Shown here in pieces: positions 31,983 through 47,465 of a stretch of 64,000 nt of DNA. The first letter of the stretch is position 1. Each line of letters starts with the position of its first letter. A program made the translations under genes and the position numbers. Source of the DNA: the human T2T-CHM13v2.0 reference genome, Homo sapiens; the NCBI RefSeq assembly GCF_009914755.1, contig NC_060939.1, one strand, 5' to 3'. The notes beneath the pieces are model-generated. The model saw only the letters and a program-made list of their open reading frames with translations, ran no database searches and was not told where the DNA came from.

Positions 31983-32399
31983 TACTTCCCACCTCCAAAA
32001 GGCTCCTCTCTGCCTATCTAACTTCTCCTTAGCTCTAAAGGTCCACCTCAAAGCCTGCCTCCTCTACCTATTTTACCCGCTGGCATCTCCCTTTTTTTTT
32101 TTTTTTTCCTTTGAGACAGCCCCACGCCCAGCCCCCATGACACCTCCCTTTTCTACTGTTTACAGAACGTGTACAGAGTCACACATTACAGCACTTACTT
32201 GTATACCATCGTACTCTGTTCTCTAGTTGTTTGTCCTGAGTCTGCCTGAATTCCTCAACCAGACTAACTTCTTTGGGCCTAGGTATTCCTTCTTCACTCC
32301 TACCAAATGTTGATGCTAGATAAATACTTACTGATTGTTTTAATGCTTTATATACAAAAGCAAAGTAGCTAGTTTCTCGAATACAAAAAAAAAAAAAAG

Positions 32400-32514
32400 A
32401 CCGGGGGCGGTGGCTCACGCCTGTAATCCCAGCACTTTGGGAAGCCAAGGTGGGCGGATCATGAGGTCAGGAGATCGAGATCCTCCTGGCTAACACGGTG
32501 AAACCCCATCTCTA

Positions 32515-32547
<33 letters not shown>

Positions 32548-32730
32548 AGCCGGGCTTGGTGGCATGCACCTGTAGTCCCAGCTACTCAGGAGGCTGAGGC
32601 AGGAGAATCGCTTGAACCTGGGAGGTGGAGGCTGCAGTAACCGAGATCATGCCATTGCACTCTAGCCTGGGCAACAAGAGCAAACCTCCGCCTTCAAAAA
32701 ACAAAAAAAAACCAACCAAACAAAAAAAAC
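32400..32730 (+). mobile_element. Alu with an expanded central poly-A linker (29 A)
   Basis: Left arm, tact(A)29ttagcc, right arm. Confidence 0.9.
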
Positions 32731-32968
32731 CAACTCTAGTACTCTAGTAGCACAACTTAAATAGATTAAATACACGTGTTTATTAAACATGGGCAGCTCA
32801 TTTCTCAAGACATCTCATATTTAAGGCTTGAAAAGTTTTAAATACACTAATGTGACCCAAATAATAATTTAATCAGTAATTTTTATTGGAAATCCTAGGT
32901 AATTAACTATATACACATATTTAAAATTACAGGTAGTATTTTATATTGTTTCCACAGCAACAACTTAC

Positions 32969-33040
32969 CTCGCTGTCAGCCTCGCTTTCCTTCATTTTCT
33001 TCTTTTTCATGTCCTTGTCTTGGCTTTGACTAGGAGGAGG
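32969..33040 (-). CDS. TARS3: TARS3 exon 2
   Basis: 72 nt, PPPSQSQDKDMKKKKMKESEADSE. Acceptor TTTCAG, donor GAG|GTAAGT, phase 0/0. Confidence 0.95.
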
Positions 33041-33961
33041 CTGAAAGATAAATTATAAATGACTCACATCAATGGCAAGAAAAAGCAACACATTTTAAGA
33101 AGAGAGTCATGCCAGCAGGCTGCAAGTGCCCCGTGTTTAGAGGCTCATAGCTGGGCTCTCCTGACCACCAGCTACAGCTCTCAGTGGGCAAGTCATTCTC
33201 CAGGGTTCAGTCCTTCCTGTCACACTGTTGCTAAGCACATTTAATATATTGTGCTCTTGAAAACCTTTTGTCCTGAACTTTAAACAAATAATGTGGCTGG
33301 AAAATGTGTGGTTGCTGCCCGCCACATCAAATGCACTATTTCCTGAAGATGTTGCTAGTTCACCGCAGCTGTCCTTCCTAAAGGACTGCAGAACATCTCA
33401 GCCTGAGAAGCTTCAGGACTCAGAAAGTATGATGTTAAAAGAAGATAATTTATCCTTTCTACAAATCATAAAATACTGTATTAAATAAAAATGTTAAATA
33501 TACAGCTATCCTCTCAAGATGAACCACCAAAACAAGAGCACAAAAAGCGAAAACTTCTCGTCCAAAAAAAACCCAACAACAAAAAAGAACCAGAGGGAAT
33601 GAGAGTTTACATACGCAGCTGTTAGTCTTTCTGACCAAGGAAAGAATGAGTTTTAAACACTCCAGCATTTTTTCAAACAAATGAAAACACTATTTCTGCT
33701 ACTGAAAAAGATGCGTGGCAGGCTCTTTAATGGACGAATTGAGAAATCAACAGCATTTGGTTAAGTCTGGCGACTGCTGGAAATCCGGCGGCTCCCCAGG
33801 CCACACGGGACCACCGAGCAGGGCGGGCCAGCCGCAGGGCACTGGGAGGGCACTCCCCCGGGGCGCCCCCGCACCTGCCCCCGCAGTTGAAAACCTTTCG
33901 GTGCGCACCGTCTCGGCCCGCCCCGCCCGCGTCCTCTCCAGTGTCCCCACCGCCCGGTTAC

Positions 33962-34258
33962 CTGTGCGCCGCCCTCCTGCGCCGCCTCTAGCTCCGCGCT
34001 CTCCAGCGTGGCCTGGCGGCTCCGCTCCTCGGCGAGGCACAGCCGCAGGCTGCACAGGCGGTGGCGCAGGTCGCAGTTCTCGGCCCGGAGCTGCGCCACC
34101 TCCCGCGTGAGGCACGGCCCCTCCGCCTGGCAGCTGTAGGGCGCGTTCAGCTGCTCGTCCCTCAGGCGCTCGACCTCCGACCACAGCCAGCGGATGTCCT
34201 CCTCCTGCCGCTCCAGGCGCGACGCCACGGCCTCCGCCGCCAGGGCCTCGGCCGCCAT
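33962..34258 (-). CDS. TARS3: TARS3 (TARSL2) coding exon 1: N-terminal coiled-coil/leucine-zipper extension
   Basis: ATG at 34258. 297 nt encode MAAEALAAEAVASRLERQEEDIRWLWSEVERLRDEQL...EAAQEGGAQ. Donor CAG|GTAACC, phase 0, inside a CpG island. Confidence 0.97.
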
Positions 34259-34410
34259 CGCGGCCTCCCTCAGGCACCGACGCCGAGCGGGGTGCCCGCG
34301 ACTGCGGCGAGGGCGACGCGGACACTCAGCGCACGGCAGAAGACAGGGCTCCCGGGAGGGGCGGGGCGATGGGGCGGGGACGGAGCCATGGGGCCTCGTT
34401 GGAGCCGAGG

Positions 34411-34540
34411 CCTACACGTTGCAGGGGCGGGGCGCTGGGCGGGGAGGGGCGGGGCCTAGGCCAGATACCCTGCAGGGGCGGGGCGGGGCGGGGCCTGAGG
34501 CCAGATACCCTGCAGGGGCGGGGCGGGGCGGGGCCTGAGG
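34411..34540. repeat. 40-bp tandem repeat in the TARS3 promoter (2 exact copies + 1 diverged copy)
   Basis: ccagataccctgcaggggcggggcggggcggggcctgagg at 34461-34500 and 34501-34540. Related unit at 34411-34460. Confidence 0.9.
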
Positions 34541-36049
34541 CCAGGCCCACCTTAGGGTCACGGGCAGTGGGGAAATGGGGTCTGAAGGGCCTCCCCTGCC
34601 TTTCGAGGCCTGTCTAGAGGCTATTGGCAGTAGTTTTTAGTCCGTTGAAACGAAAATCTTCCAAAACCTTGCAAAAAGGCCATCGTCTGCGTTCTCCAAA
34701 AAGGCTTCACCCTTTCTTCCTCTTGAATTCTGGCAGTCACCATTCTTTTGCCTTGCAAACAGGTTCTAAAAAGTGGCCATTCATTATAAATGGACTTTCT
34801 GGCCTTTCGTGCCAAACTTGCCCAAGTACTGAGGCCTCTGGGCCAGGGCATATAGAAAATCGCTGTGAAATCTAAATCCGACCAGCACGAAATTACTGGC
34901 TCCTTGAGTCTAGGGCAAATGCCACATATATCTTTGTATCCCTCTTAACCATGAGCGTGAAACTTCCTGGAGCAGGAACAGAAATTGATTTTTATCACTA
35001 TTCTTAGGGCTTAGGATGTGACAAACACTGTTCTAAACTCTGTAACAGTAGTAACTCCTTTAATCTTCATAACAGGAGATACTGTTATATCCGCTTATAG
35101 CTGGAGAAATTGAAGCACAGTGAGACTGTGTTACTTGACTAAGGTCACACAGCCACTACATGACAAAGGGGGAATCAAACTCAGATAGTCTGATGCCAGT
35201 TTCTACACACTTAACACTAGTACTTTTCAACTTTGGCAGAATTTAATTGAGCATGTCATATAATGTGATACAGGTAATAATGCCCTTATAAGAGTCCTGA
35301 AGTGGAAGAGCTTAGCTTGGACTGGTGTGGTTTGAGAAAGGGAGAAAATTTTGAGAAAGGGGAAAAGGTTTATTTTGCTCTGGAAAATAAAGGTTGGGAG
35401 ATGTTAGCAAGGAGGAAAAGCAGGTAAATTCCACTCCAGGAGCAGAATCAGTGCAGGAGAAGGAGCGGAGGGGGACAAGCTCATTGGATTAAGCTAAGTG
35501 GAATCCCAAACAGCACCCAGGAGGAGATTCCATGAAGTATGTTGCTAACCAATATCACTGTATCTTTTTTAGTCCTTCCTCAGGAAGCCTCTGGATACAG
35601 TTACATAGGACCCACTGACTCCTCATTATTCATCATTTCTCAATCCACTGCCATGGAGTTTCTGCTTCTGCCATTCTGTCATGACCAACACATCACTGAA
35701 TGTCATGGACCCACTTAAGCCACCCCAGAATTTCCTCGGGACCCTCTGGAATTTGTCTCTCTTGGGTCTCCATTCCCAATACCTAGGCAACCACCAGTCT
35801 GCTTCCTGTCACTATAGGTTAGTTTGCATTTTCTTGATTTTTCTACACATGGAACCACACCGTATGTCCTCCTTTTGTTTAGCTACTTTCAGTCGGCACA
35901 ATAATTTTGATATTTACCTATGTTTGTGTGTATCTATTGTTCTTTTTTTCTGAGTAGTATTCCATTGTATGGATATACCATAATTTGTTTATTCATTTGT
36001 TGATGGAAAATTTGGGTTATTTCCAGGTTTTAGCTAGGATCACACAATA

Positions 36050-37690
<1,641 letters not shown>

Positions 37691-37896
37691 TGGAGCAGAA
37701 GCTTCTTTAAGTTGACGCCTGAGAATTTAATTGCTTCCTTGATTTTTGGTTTGATAAAATGTTTCAGGCTCATCTTATATTCAAGGAATCTATCATTTCT
37801 CCAAGGTGGCCTAGTCCATTTTAATGGGAATTGTAATTTAAATCACACAATGTGGGTCCTGGCAGCAGTCTTTGTTTCTAGGACTTTTCTGTATTT

Positions 37897-38012
37897 AGGA
37901 TTGCCAGATAAAATACACAGTGCACATTTACATTTGAACTTCAGATAAACAAAAAATAATGTTTATATAAATATGTCCCATGCAATATTTGAGACATATA
38001 CTAAAAAATTAT
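37897..38012. mobile_element. MER53-like hAT MITE fragment
   Basis: taggattgccagataaaatac...aaatatgtcccatgcaatattt. Confidence 0.65.
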
Positions 38013-38019
38013 TCAAGCC

Positions 38020-39800
<1,781 letters not shown>

Positions 39801-39863
39801 CCTCTAATACCTTTCCTCATTAAAGGGTTCCTGGCAGAAAGGCCTATTCCAGAGCTGGGACAT

Positions 39864-40603
39864 TGACTTAGTCCATTTATGTTGCTACAAGGAAATACCT
39901 GAGGCTGGATAATTTACAAAGAAAAGAGGTATATTTGGCTCACACTTCTGCAGGCTGTACAAGAAGCATGGTGCCAGCATCTGCATCTGGTGAGGGTTTC
40001 AGGAATCTTCCACTCATGGCAGAAGGCAAAGGGGAGCCCACATGTACAAAAGTCACATGACAGGAAAGCAGAAGCAAGAGAGAGGGGAGAGATGTGAGGC
40101 TCTTTTAAATAATTAGTTCTCACAGGTGCTAAGAGTGAGGACTCAATCATTACTGTGAGGACAGCACCAAGCCATTCATAAGGCATCTGTCGAGGACGGC
40201 ACCAAGCCATTCATAAGGGATCTGTCGAGGATGGCACCAAGCCATTCATAAGGGATCTGTCCAGGACGGCACCAAGCCATTCATAAGGGATCTGTCCAGG
40301 ACGGCACCAAGCCATTCATAAGGGATCTGTCCAGGACGGCACCAAGCCATTCATAAGGGATCTGTCCAGGACGGCACCAAGCCATTCATAAGGGATCTGT
40401 CCAGGACGGCACCAAGCTATTCATAAGGGATCTGTCGAGGACGGCACCAAGCCATTCATAAGGGATCTGTCGAGGACGGCACCAAGCCATTCATAAGGGA
40501 TCTGTCCTCATGAACCAGACACCTCCCACTAGGCCCCACCTGCAACACTGGGGGTGAAATTTCAACATGAGACTTGGAGGGGACAGATATCCAAATGATA
40601 TCA
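39864..40603 (-). mobile_element. MST-type MaLR solo LTR containing a 35-bp VNTR
   Basis: Ends ccaaatgatatca. 5-bp TSD gacat. Confidence 0.85.
40157..40506. repeat. Minisatellite, 35-bp unit x10, inside an MST LTR
   Basis: Saggacggcaccaagccattcataagggatctgtc repeated with period 35. Confidence 0.96.
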
Positions 40604-40899
40604 GACATGTAAGTTCAAGATAAGCGTAGAGCACTTTGTTTTGCTGGAAATTAACAAAGCGCTCTCCACAAAAATGATGGGAACATGATACAAGGGCACA
40701 GGAACCAGCTTGAAGGGATCCCACCAGCCAAACCAATTGAACTTCAAAAATAATTAAGTAATGAATTGTAAACCATTAAAAAATATGGGAACTCACAAGT
40801 CCAACCAATAATAGAAAAAAATGGGAAAGAAGCCAGAGCTCAGTTTATAGTCTATGCCATGGACTAAATGGCAAACACAGGTAAATGGGAAATTAGAAA

Positions 40900-41650
40900 A
40901 CCATCACTTTGCCACCTTCATAGTAAGGACTGGATCAGACAAGAATCATCATGCTCAATCTAGGGGGCAGTGCTGAAAAGCAGCAGGATACTGGCATGGA
41001 CATAAAATGTTCCCCCACAGGCTGTTAACCAGTTGCAAGGGAGAAAACAAAAAGTAATTATACAATGGAGAAATCAGGCAATATCTTGATCAGGTGATCA
41101 AAATGAACATCACCTATGAGGAACAGGTGGACTTTATGTACCTCCAGATGTGATATTCTAAAGAAGGTATAACACCCCTGTACAGAATTTATACCAAGAA
41201 TACATAACCCCAATCTAATCACAAGGAAACAGCACATAAACACAAAATGAGGAACGTTTGTTTTTAACGGTGGAGGGGAGAAACTGAATTCTTCAAAAAT
41301 GTTTATATAATGAAAGACAAAATCTGGAATGCTCCAGATTAAATGGTACTAAAGTCATGATGATTAAATGCAATACCTTACTCCAGATTGGATCCTGGAA
41401 GGGGTAAAATTGCTACAAAGAACACTATTAGACAAACTGACAAAATTGGAATACAGATGGTACATTAGATAAAAGTATTGTTCATGTAAATTTATGAAGT
41501 TGATAATTGTTCTAAAGCTATATGAGATCTCCATCCTTCGTAAAAATAAGCTAAAGTATTTAGTTATGATGTATGTAACTCATGTTCAAATGGTTCAGAA
41601 AAAAAATTATAGAAGGAGAGAGAACAAATGTTAAAGCAAAGGATAAAATG
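40900..41650 (+). mobile_element. L1MC/L1ME-type 3' UTR fragment
   Basis: atacaatggagaaatcaggc...ctccagattggatcctgga...aaatggttcagaaaaaa. Confidence 0.6.
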
Positions 41651-42059
41651 TTTGCCTCAAACATAAGCTTCTTAAAACATCCGTAAGATTATGTTTACTC
41701 CCCTGGGTAAAACCATCAGGAGCTTTCTACTGCAAATAAAGTAAAATCCAAATTCTTTATCAGGACCTACCAGGCCAGCAAGATCGAGCCTCTGATGGCC
41801 TCTCTTAGATTATACCATGACCCCAAACCCGGCAAACCCCTGTGCTGGTTCATGGAGCTCTCAGATCCTCAGAAACATCCCTCTCTCCTGCCTCTGGGAT
41901 TTTACACATTCGGTGTCTTGCCTTGATAATATCCTCGTCCACTCTTAACGTCTGACTTCTTTTCATCCTGGCAGTTTTAGCTTAGTGCCACCTCCCCACT
42001 CCATTTAAGGTTGGCCTGCCCCCATTCTCTCAGTATCCTTTTCTACTATATTGTAACTG

Positions 42060-42137
42060 TTACCCAACATCCAGGTGCTTAGGAAGGTTATATAATCTGC
42101 AGAGTTCACATATCAACCACTTCAATTGCTGACAAAG
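42060..42137 (-). pseudogene. UBE2Q2-like exon 3, truncated at the duplication breakpoint
   Basis: TGTAG|[24 protein letters not shown] then G-stop. Similarity to [27 protein letters not shown] ends after HLDV. Confidence 0.9.
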
Positions 42138-44899
42138 CTACAAAACACATTTCAGTAAATAAGCATGTTAAAGAGCCCTTAGAAGACACCAATAATGTTA
42201 TGACTACTGTAATCAATCCAGTAGGAAATAAAAATGTTTGTTACTGCTCAATTGCAGCTTACAGTTAAAACAATACTCTTCAAAATATTTTCAGGAGCCT
42301 CTAGTTTAAGAAAGTTACTATGGCTTGGGTGTACAATCACTACAACTGATACCTAGCAGAATGACAACAATTAAGGCACAGGAAGAAGTTCCAGACATTG
42401 TCCAATTTCTCATTGCTACCTTGTTTTCTTAGGAACTTACAACTTCAGACAAGAGAACATTAATGCATTAATGAGGCTACCAAAAAGAAAAAGAAAAAAA
42501 ACACATAGGCAGTGTTGCTACACATGGATTATAAAATTATACATTCCAGTCATAGTCAGTTAAAAGTACATAAGCAAATGTGATCTAGCAGACAGAGCCT
42601 GGGAATCTAGATGACCTTGGATATCGAATCTAATTCCCTGAGTTTGAGTCTCCCCATCTGTAAAACAAAGAAATGAAAACTTTCCCAGAATGGTAAAGAT
42701 TAACTGAAACCTGTGAAAACACTGGATACTTAGTTGGCTTGTAAGTGTCTGTCTAAAAAATAATAATTCACTAGGAAACTGCAAAGAATAACTGTAAATT
42801 TCCAAATTTAAGTCGAAATTGTGTTGTAAGCATATTTACTTTAAGCAAGTAACGTAAACTATGTGCACAAGTATGGTTTTCGTTGTTTAAAATGATTTTC
42901 AATGTATAAGGTGACTCAAATGGGATCTAATAAGGCACTCACTTCACTTGGTCAGGAACAATTTCCTGGGTGTCTCTGATCAAGAAAAGAGATGAAGAGA
43001 AAGAAGCAGGTTTACAAAGGACAAGGAAAGAAGACACAGGATTAGAATGGGTTAACAAAGCAAAGAATAAGCCTTCCCAAAGTGAGCAATGAAGCAAGTG
43101 GAAACAAGGAAAGTTGAACAGTAAATTTGGATCCACCAAAAATCCTCATGCTTAAAAGGAAACTCGAAGCCCCAGTGTGGATTTGTTATGCACCCAATAC
43201 GCTGTTTGTGCTAACTACATAATGAAGATGAGGCGGGGTGATCCGGACACAGACTGGACACTCTGACCTCTGGCACAGAATTGGCTACAGGAGTGCTGGG
43301 GGAGAGAGGCAGCAGGGTAGCGGAGTCATATCAAGCAACAAGAAACACAAGTTAGTACATTTTCCACAAATTTCAATTTTACTCCCTTCCCTCATGATAC
43401 ACACATACAAAGCATTTGAAGGATGGGAAGAAGAAGCTGAGATCACAGGGAAAATAGTAAGAGACATTCAGAAGGGCTGGTCTTAGAGATTTACTAGTTT
43501 GGGGAGGTCAGAGAACAGTAGCATATGAAAGAACGCTAAGACAGTTCCCAGGGTTAGGCATGGGTGACTAGTTTGATTATATCATTTTGTCCCACTCACA
43601 ATGACAAGGAGAATTACTGAGGGAACACATGATGGGGCTGATAGAGTGCTAGGAGGTGGATACATGAAAATGTAAATGTCATCATTTTGAACACCCATGG
43701 CACTCCAAGTGAGATTCCCTAACATATATGATATACAGACAGATATATGAGTTTGAAACTCTAGAGGTGAATGCGAATTTAGGAATCCCTGGAACACAGG
43801 TCATGACTTCAGTAATGGGAGTCAAAGATTACTCAGAGAAAGCACAGAATGAAAAGAGAAGAAAGAAGTAGGCCAAGGAAGAAGAGATTGGAGGAGACCA
43901 AGGCAGGGTGATAAGATCAAAACAGAAGAAAGGAATCTGATGGAAGTCCCATTAGATTATCATGTCCCTTCCCAGAGGATAGGGACATGCCTTTTTTGTC
44001 TTTTATACTCAATTATCACAGGGCCTGACACAGAAGCCACTCAATGTTTTTTTAAATTGGGTTCTACTATTCACAGTTTGCTGTATCCACCAGGGGAGAA
44101 AAAAGTATAAACAAGCACAGATATGGATTTTTTTACACTGTGTACTAAAGGGGCCAGATTATACACAGTATTTTATGCCTTACTTTTTTACTTAATATAT
44201 CTTAGAAGTTTGCACATGCTTATGGAAGGACTGGCTGCATTTTTTGGTCTACAACAGAATACTCTATTATAAAACTATACACTATAATTTTTATTTAACC
44301 AACTGTTTATTGGTGGACATTCAGAATGGAGGAATGTTTCAACAAGGGAACAATCAACAGTATCAAAATACTGCAGAGGGGTCAATTTGGGGACTAAGAG
44401 AGGAGACACTGGATTTGGCAACTAGGAGATAAATTTTAGTGCAATGATGAAGGCAGAATCCAGATTATAATGAATTCAATGAAAAAAGCTGAAGACATAT
44501 AGATTATCTGCTCAAGAAACTAGCTATGGTAAACTGGCAGAGGCTGTAAGAGTGGGAGGTGAGTTTTCTCCTTCATGTAAATATATTTACTTTTATAAAC
44601 ACTAGGCCCAATTTTATATCCTACTTCATTTAACTTTATGAACATGTTTATGTAATGTTTTAGTAAAAAATAACTCATTTTTGCTATTATAAAACTGTTA
44701 TCTTTAGATGTTCAGAAGCAACTTCCTAAAAGGAGGTAGCAATAACAGAGCTATGTCTATCATTCTTTCCCATCAACCCCCTTGCTGGAGAAGGAAACAT
44801 GTGTCCATCTAGCTTTTAATTAATTTTTACCTCTTATCTTCATGGCTCTCCATATAAAACTTAACTCTTTTTTTGGTATATGTGTATGTATATCTATAA

Positions 44900-45038
44900 C
44901 TAGAGAGAGAGACAGAGAGAGAAGAGGGGGTCTTGCCATGTTGCCCAGGCTGATCTCAAACTCCTGGGCTCAAGCAATCCTTCCACCTTGGCCTCGCAAA
45001 GTGCTGGGATTACAGGCATGAACCACTGTGCCCAGCCT
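44900..45038 (-). mobile_element. FLAM / Alu left-arm monomer
   Basis: Antisense monomer preceded by (GA)n. Confidence 0.75.
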
Positions 45039-45421
45039 CAGCCTTAACTCTTAAAATATCTTCAAATCCCTGTTCTTCATTTCTTAAGAATATATGCGTT
45101 TAAACCAACTATAACTTATTTTGACAAAAACTGGAGTTAAGACCCAAACTTCCTCAGATGGTCAGTTCTCCTAAGACTATTTACAGAATAATCTATCTTT
45201 TCCCTATTAAGTTAAAATACCACCTTTGTCTTATAAAATTCTCATTAGCATGACTCTGGTTCTAAACTTCTATTGCCTTTATCTGTCTGGCCCAGGGCTA
45301 TTCCACAATATTTTATTTAATATCTGGTTGAACAAGTCTATTCTTTATTATTTTTTATTATTTACTCTTCTACACAAACTTTAGAGTCATTTTTTCAAGT
45401 TCCAAAAATAAATCTGCTGGG

Positions 45422-45650
45422 TTTTTTTTTTTTTTTTAAGACAGGGTCTCACTCTGTCACCTAGGCTGGAGTTCAGAGGCATGATCTCAGATCACTGCAA
45501 TCTTTGTTTCCAAGGCTCAAGTGATCCTCCCACCTCAGCCTCCTGAGTAGTTGAGACTACAAGTGTGTGCCATCACACCCAGCTAATTGTCATCTACCCG
45601 CCTCAGCTTCCCAAACTTTTGGGATTACTAGTGTGAGCCACTGTGCCCAG
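45422..45650 (-). mobile_element. AluJ with an internal deletion
   Basis: Antisense right arm joined to the 5' part of the left arm. Confidence 0.8.
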
Positions 45651-46064
45651 CAGAAATTATATTTATAAATTAATATGAAGACATGGTGATAATTAACATA
45701 TTTATAATATGAAATCTGCTCATCCAGGGACATAGAATGCAAATCTTTCATTCCACTCAGCAAAATTTTGTCATGTTCTTGATAAAAGTCCTGCACATCT
45801 AAGTTTATTCCTAGGTATTTAATTTTTGCTGAAATACATGAAAAAATACTTTATCACTATATCTCCTATGTGATTATAGCTAATATTGGGGTAGGCTATT
45901 GATTTTTCAGTAATGGGGCTTTTAACCAGCAACCTTAAAAATTGTTGTCAGTTGGTTCCTTTGGATATTTTTAGGTAAACAATTATGTCAACTTAAAATA
46001 ATGATTGTTATTTTTCTATAAAGATTATGACATCATGGGAAAATACGGTAAATGCTTTTTTAAA

Positions 46065-46370
<306 letters not shown>

Positions 46371-47130
46371 AGTAAATGCTTTTTAAAAGAATATAAAACT
46401 ATAGAGAATATGACCTCAACTATTTAAAAATATGTATAAGGGTTATGTATTTTACTAGCAAAGAAAAAATATATACTGGTAGAAAATAGCCATCATGTCA
46501 ACAGTGATTATATTAGGTAGAAAAATTATGAGAGACTTTAATTTTTTTTCTTTTCTATATTTTACTATTGATTGCTTATGAGTTTTATAAGCTTATGGTT
46601 GCTTATGAGTTTTATAATAAAGGTTTTTAAAATTTTTGCAACATGGAAAGTTATACTTCTTTATATACTAAAAACAAAAACAAAACTTTCTATTTAAATA
46701 CCTTTGACTTTTACTGCAGACTTACAGACCCTTGAAAGAAAAGGCAATTCCCTCGCACTAGTTCTGGTGTGACTCTACCCATCTCTCCCTTCAGTTCCAC
46801 CTTGGTCTTTTTTCTACCTCCCACCTTGGCTAGTCATCTCTACCCAAAATGCTTGCTTGGCTTAATGGTTAGCATTCAGGAAAAGGAGATCTTGAATTCC
46901 TAATCTAAACTAAGGTTATACATGTGGGAAATAATAAAGAGAAACCAGGTAGTAAATAAGATTTGAAGGACTTAAAATACCCAGACTTTAATTCCTCTAA
47001 GATTATAGTCATTAATCATGCTTTTATATCATATTATCTCTTAACATTATATCATATTATCTCTTAACATTTAATTTCTAAATATAATGTTCATGAGGAA
47101 AAGAGAAAATAGCTTGGCTTCTCTCTTCAC

Positions 47131-47232
47131 TGAATGGTTGTTCTTAGTATCTTCTAGATGTTCCAGAACTGATGTCAGATTTGGCTCGTCAGAGTCCACA
47201 AAACATATTGGTGAGAAAGATGAAGAGGATTC
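47131..47232 (-). pseudogene. UBE2Q2-like exon 2 (open frame)
   Basis: 102 nt, [34 protein letters not shown], compare [34 protein letters not shown]. Acceptor AACAG, weak donor TCA|GTGAAG. Confidence 0.9.
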
Positions 47233-47465
47233 CTGTTTAGCACAGAGACACCTATGTTAAACATTTACATACAGACTAACCCAAATATGCAATTAAACCA
47301 CACCACTAAATGGCAAGATTAACATGGATTTAAACAAAATGTATGGGGGGGAAAAGGCAACACATTAAAACCAATGTGAGGAGTTGGACTTTTGAGGCAG
47401 CCATTCTCTTTGCATAGCACTGTCTGCTACTACAGCTCATAGAAGTCAATAATTTTCTTCAGCAC

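Larger units (their letters stand above)
33740..34620. promoter_or_regulatory. CpG island / TATA-less promoter of TARS3 with many Sp1-type GC boxes
   Basis: Very GC- and CpG-rich block spanning exon 1. Repeated GGGGCGGGG boxes at about 34357-34535. Confidence 0.9.

Noticed and set aside
33715-34617. Several Arg/Gly/Pro-rich ORFs around TARS3 exon 1
   Set aside because: Alternative frames of a CpG island. Only 33962-34258 splices into the ThrRS frame.
37985-38015. acatatactaaaa resembling the U6 snRNA 5' region
   Set aside because: The match is only about 13 nt and lies in a MER53-like element. The rest of U6 is absent.
40157-40506. CRISPR-sized (35-bp) repeats
   Set aside because: Head-to-tail minisatellite with no spacers, inside a MaLR LTR.
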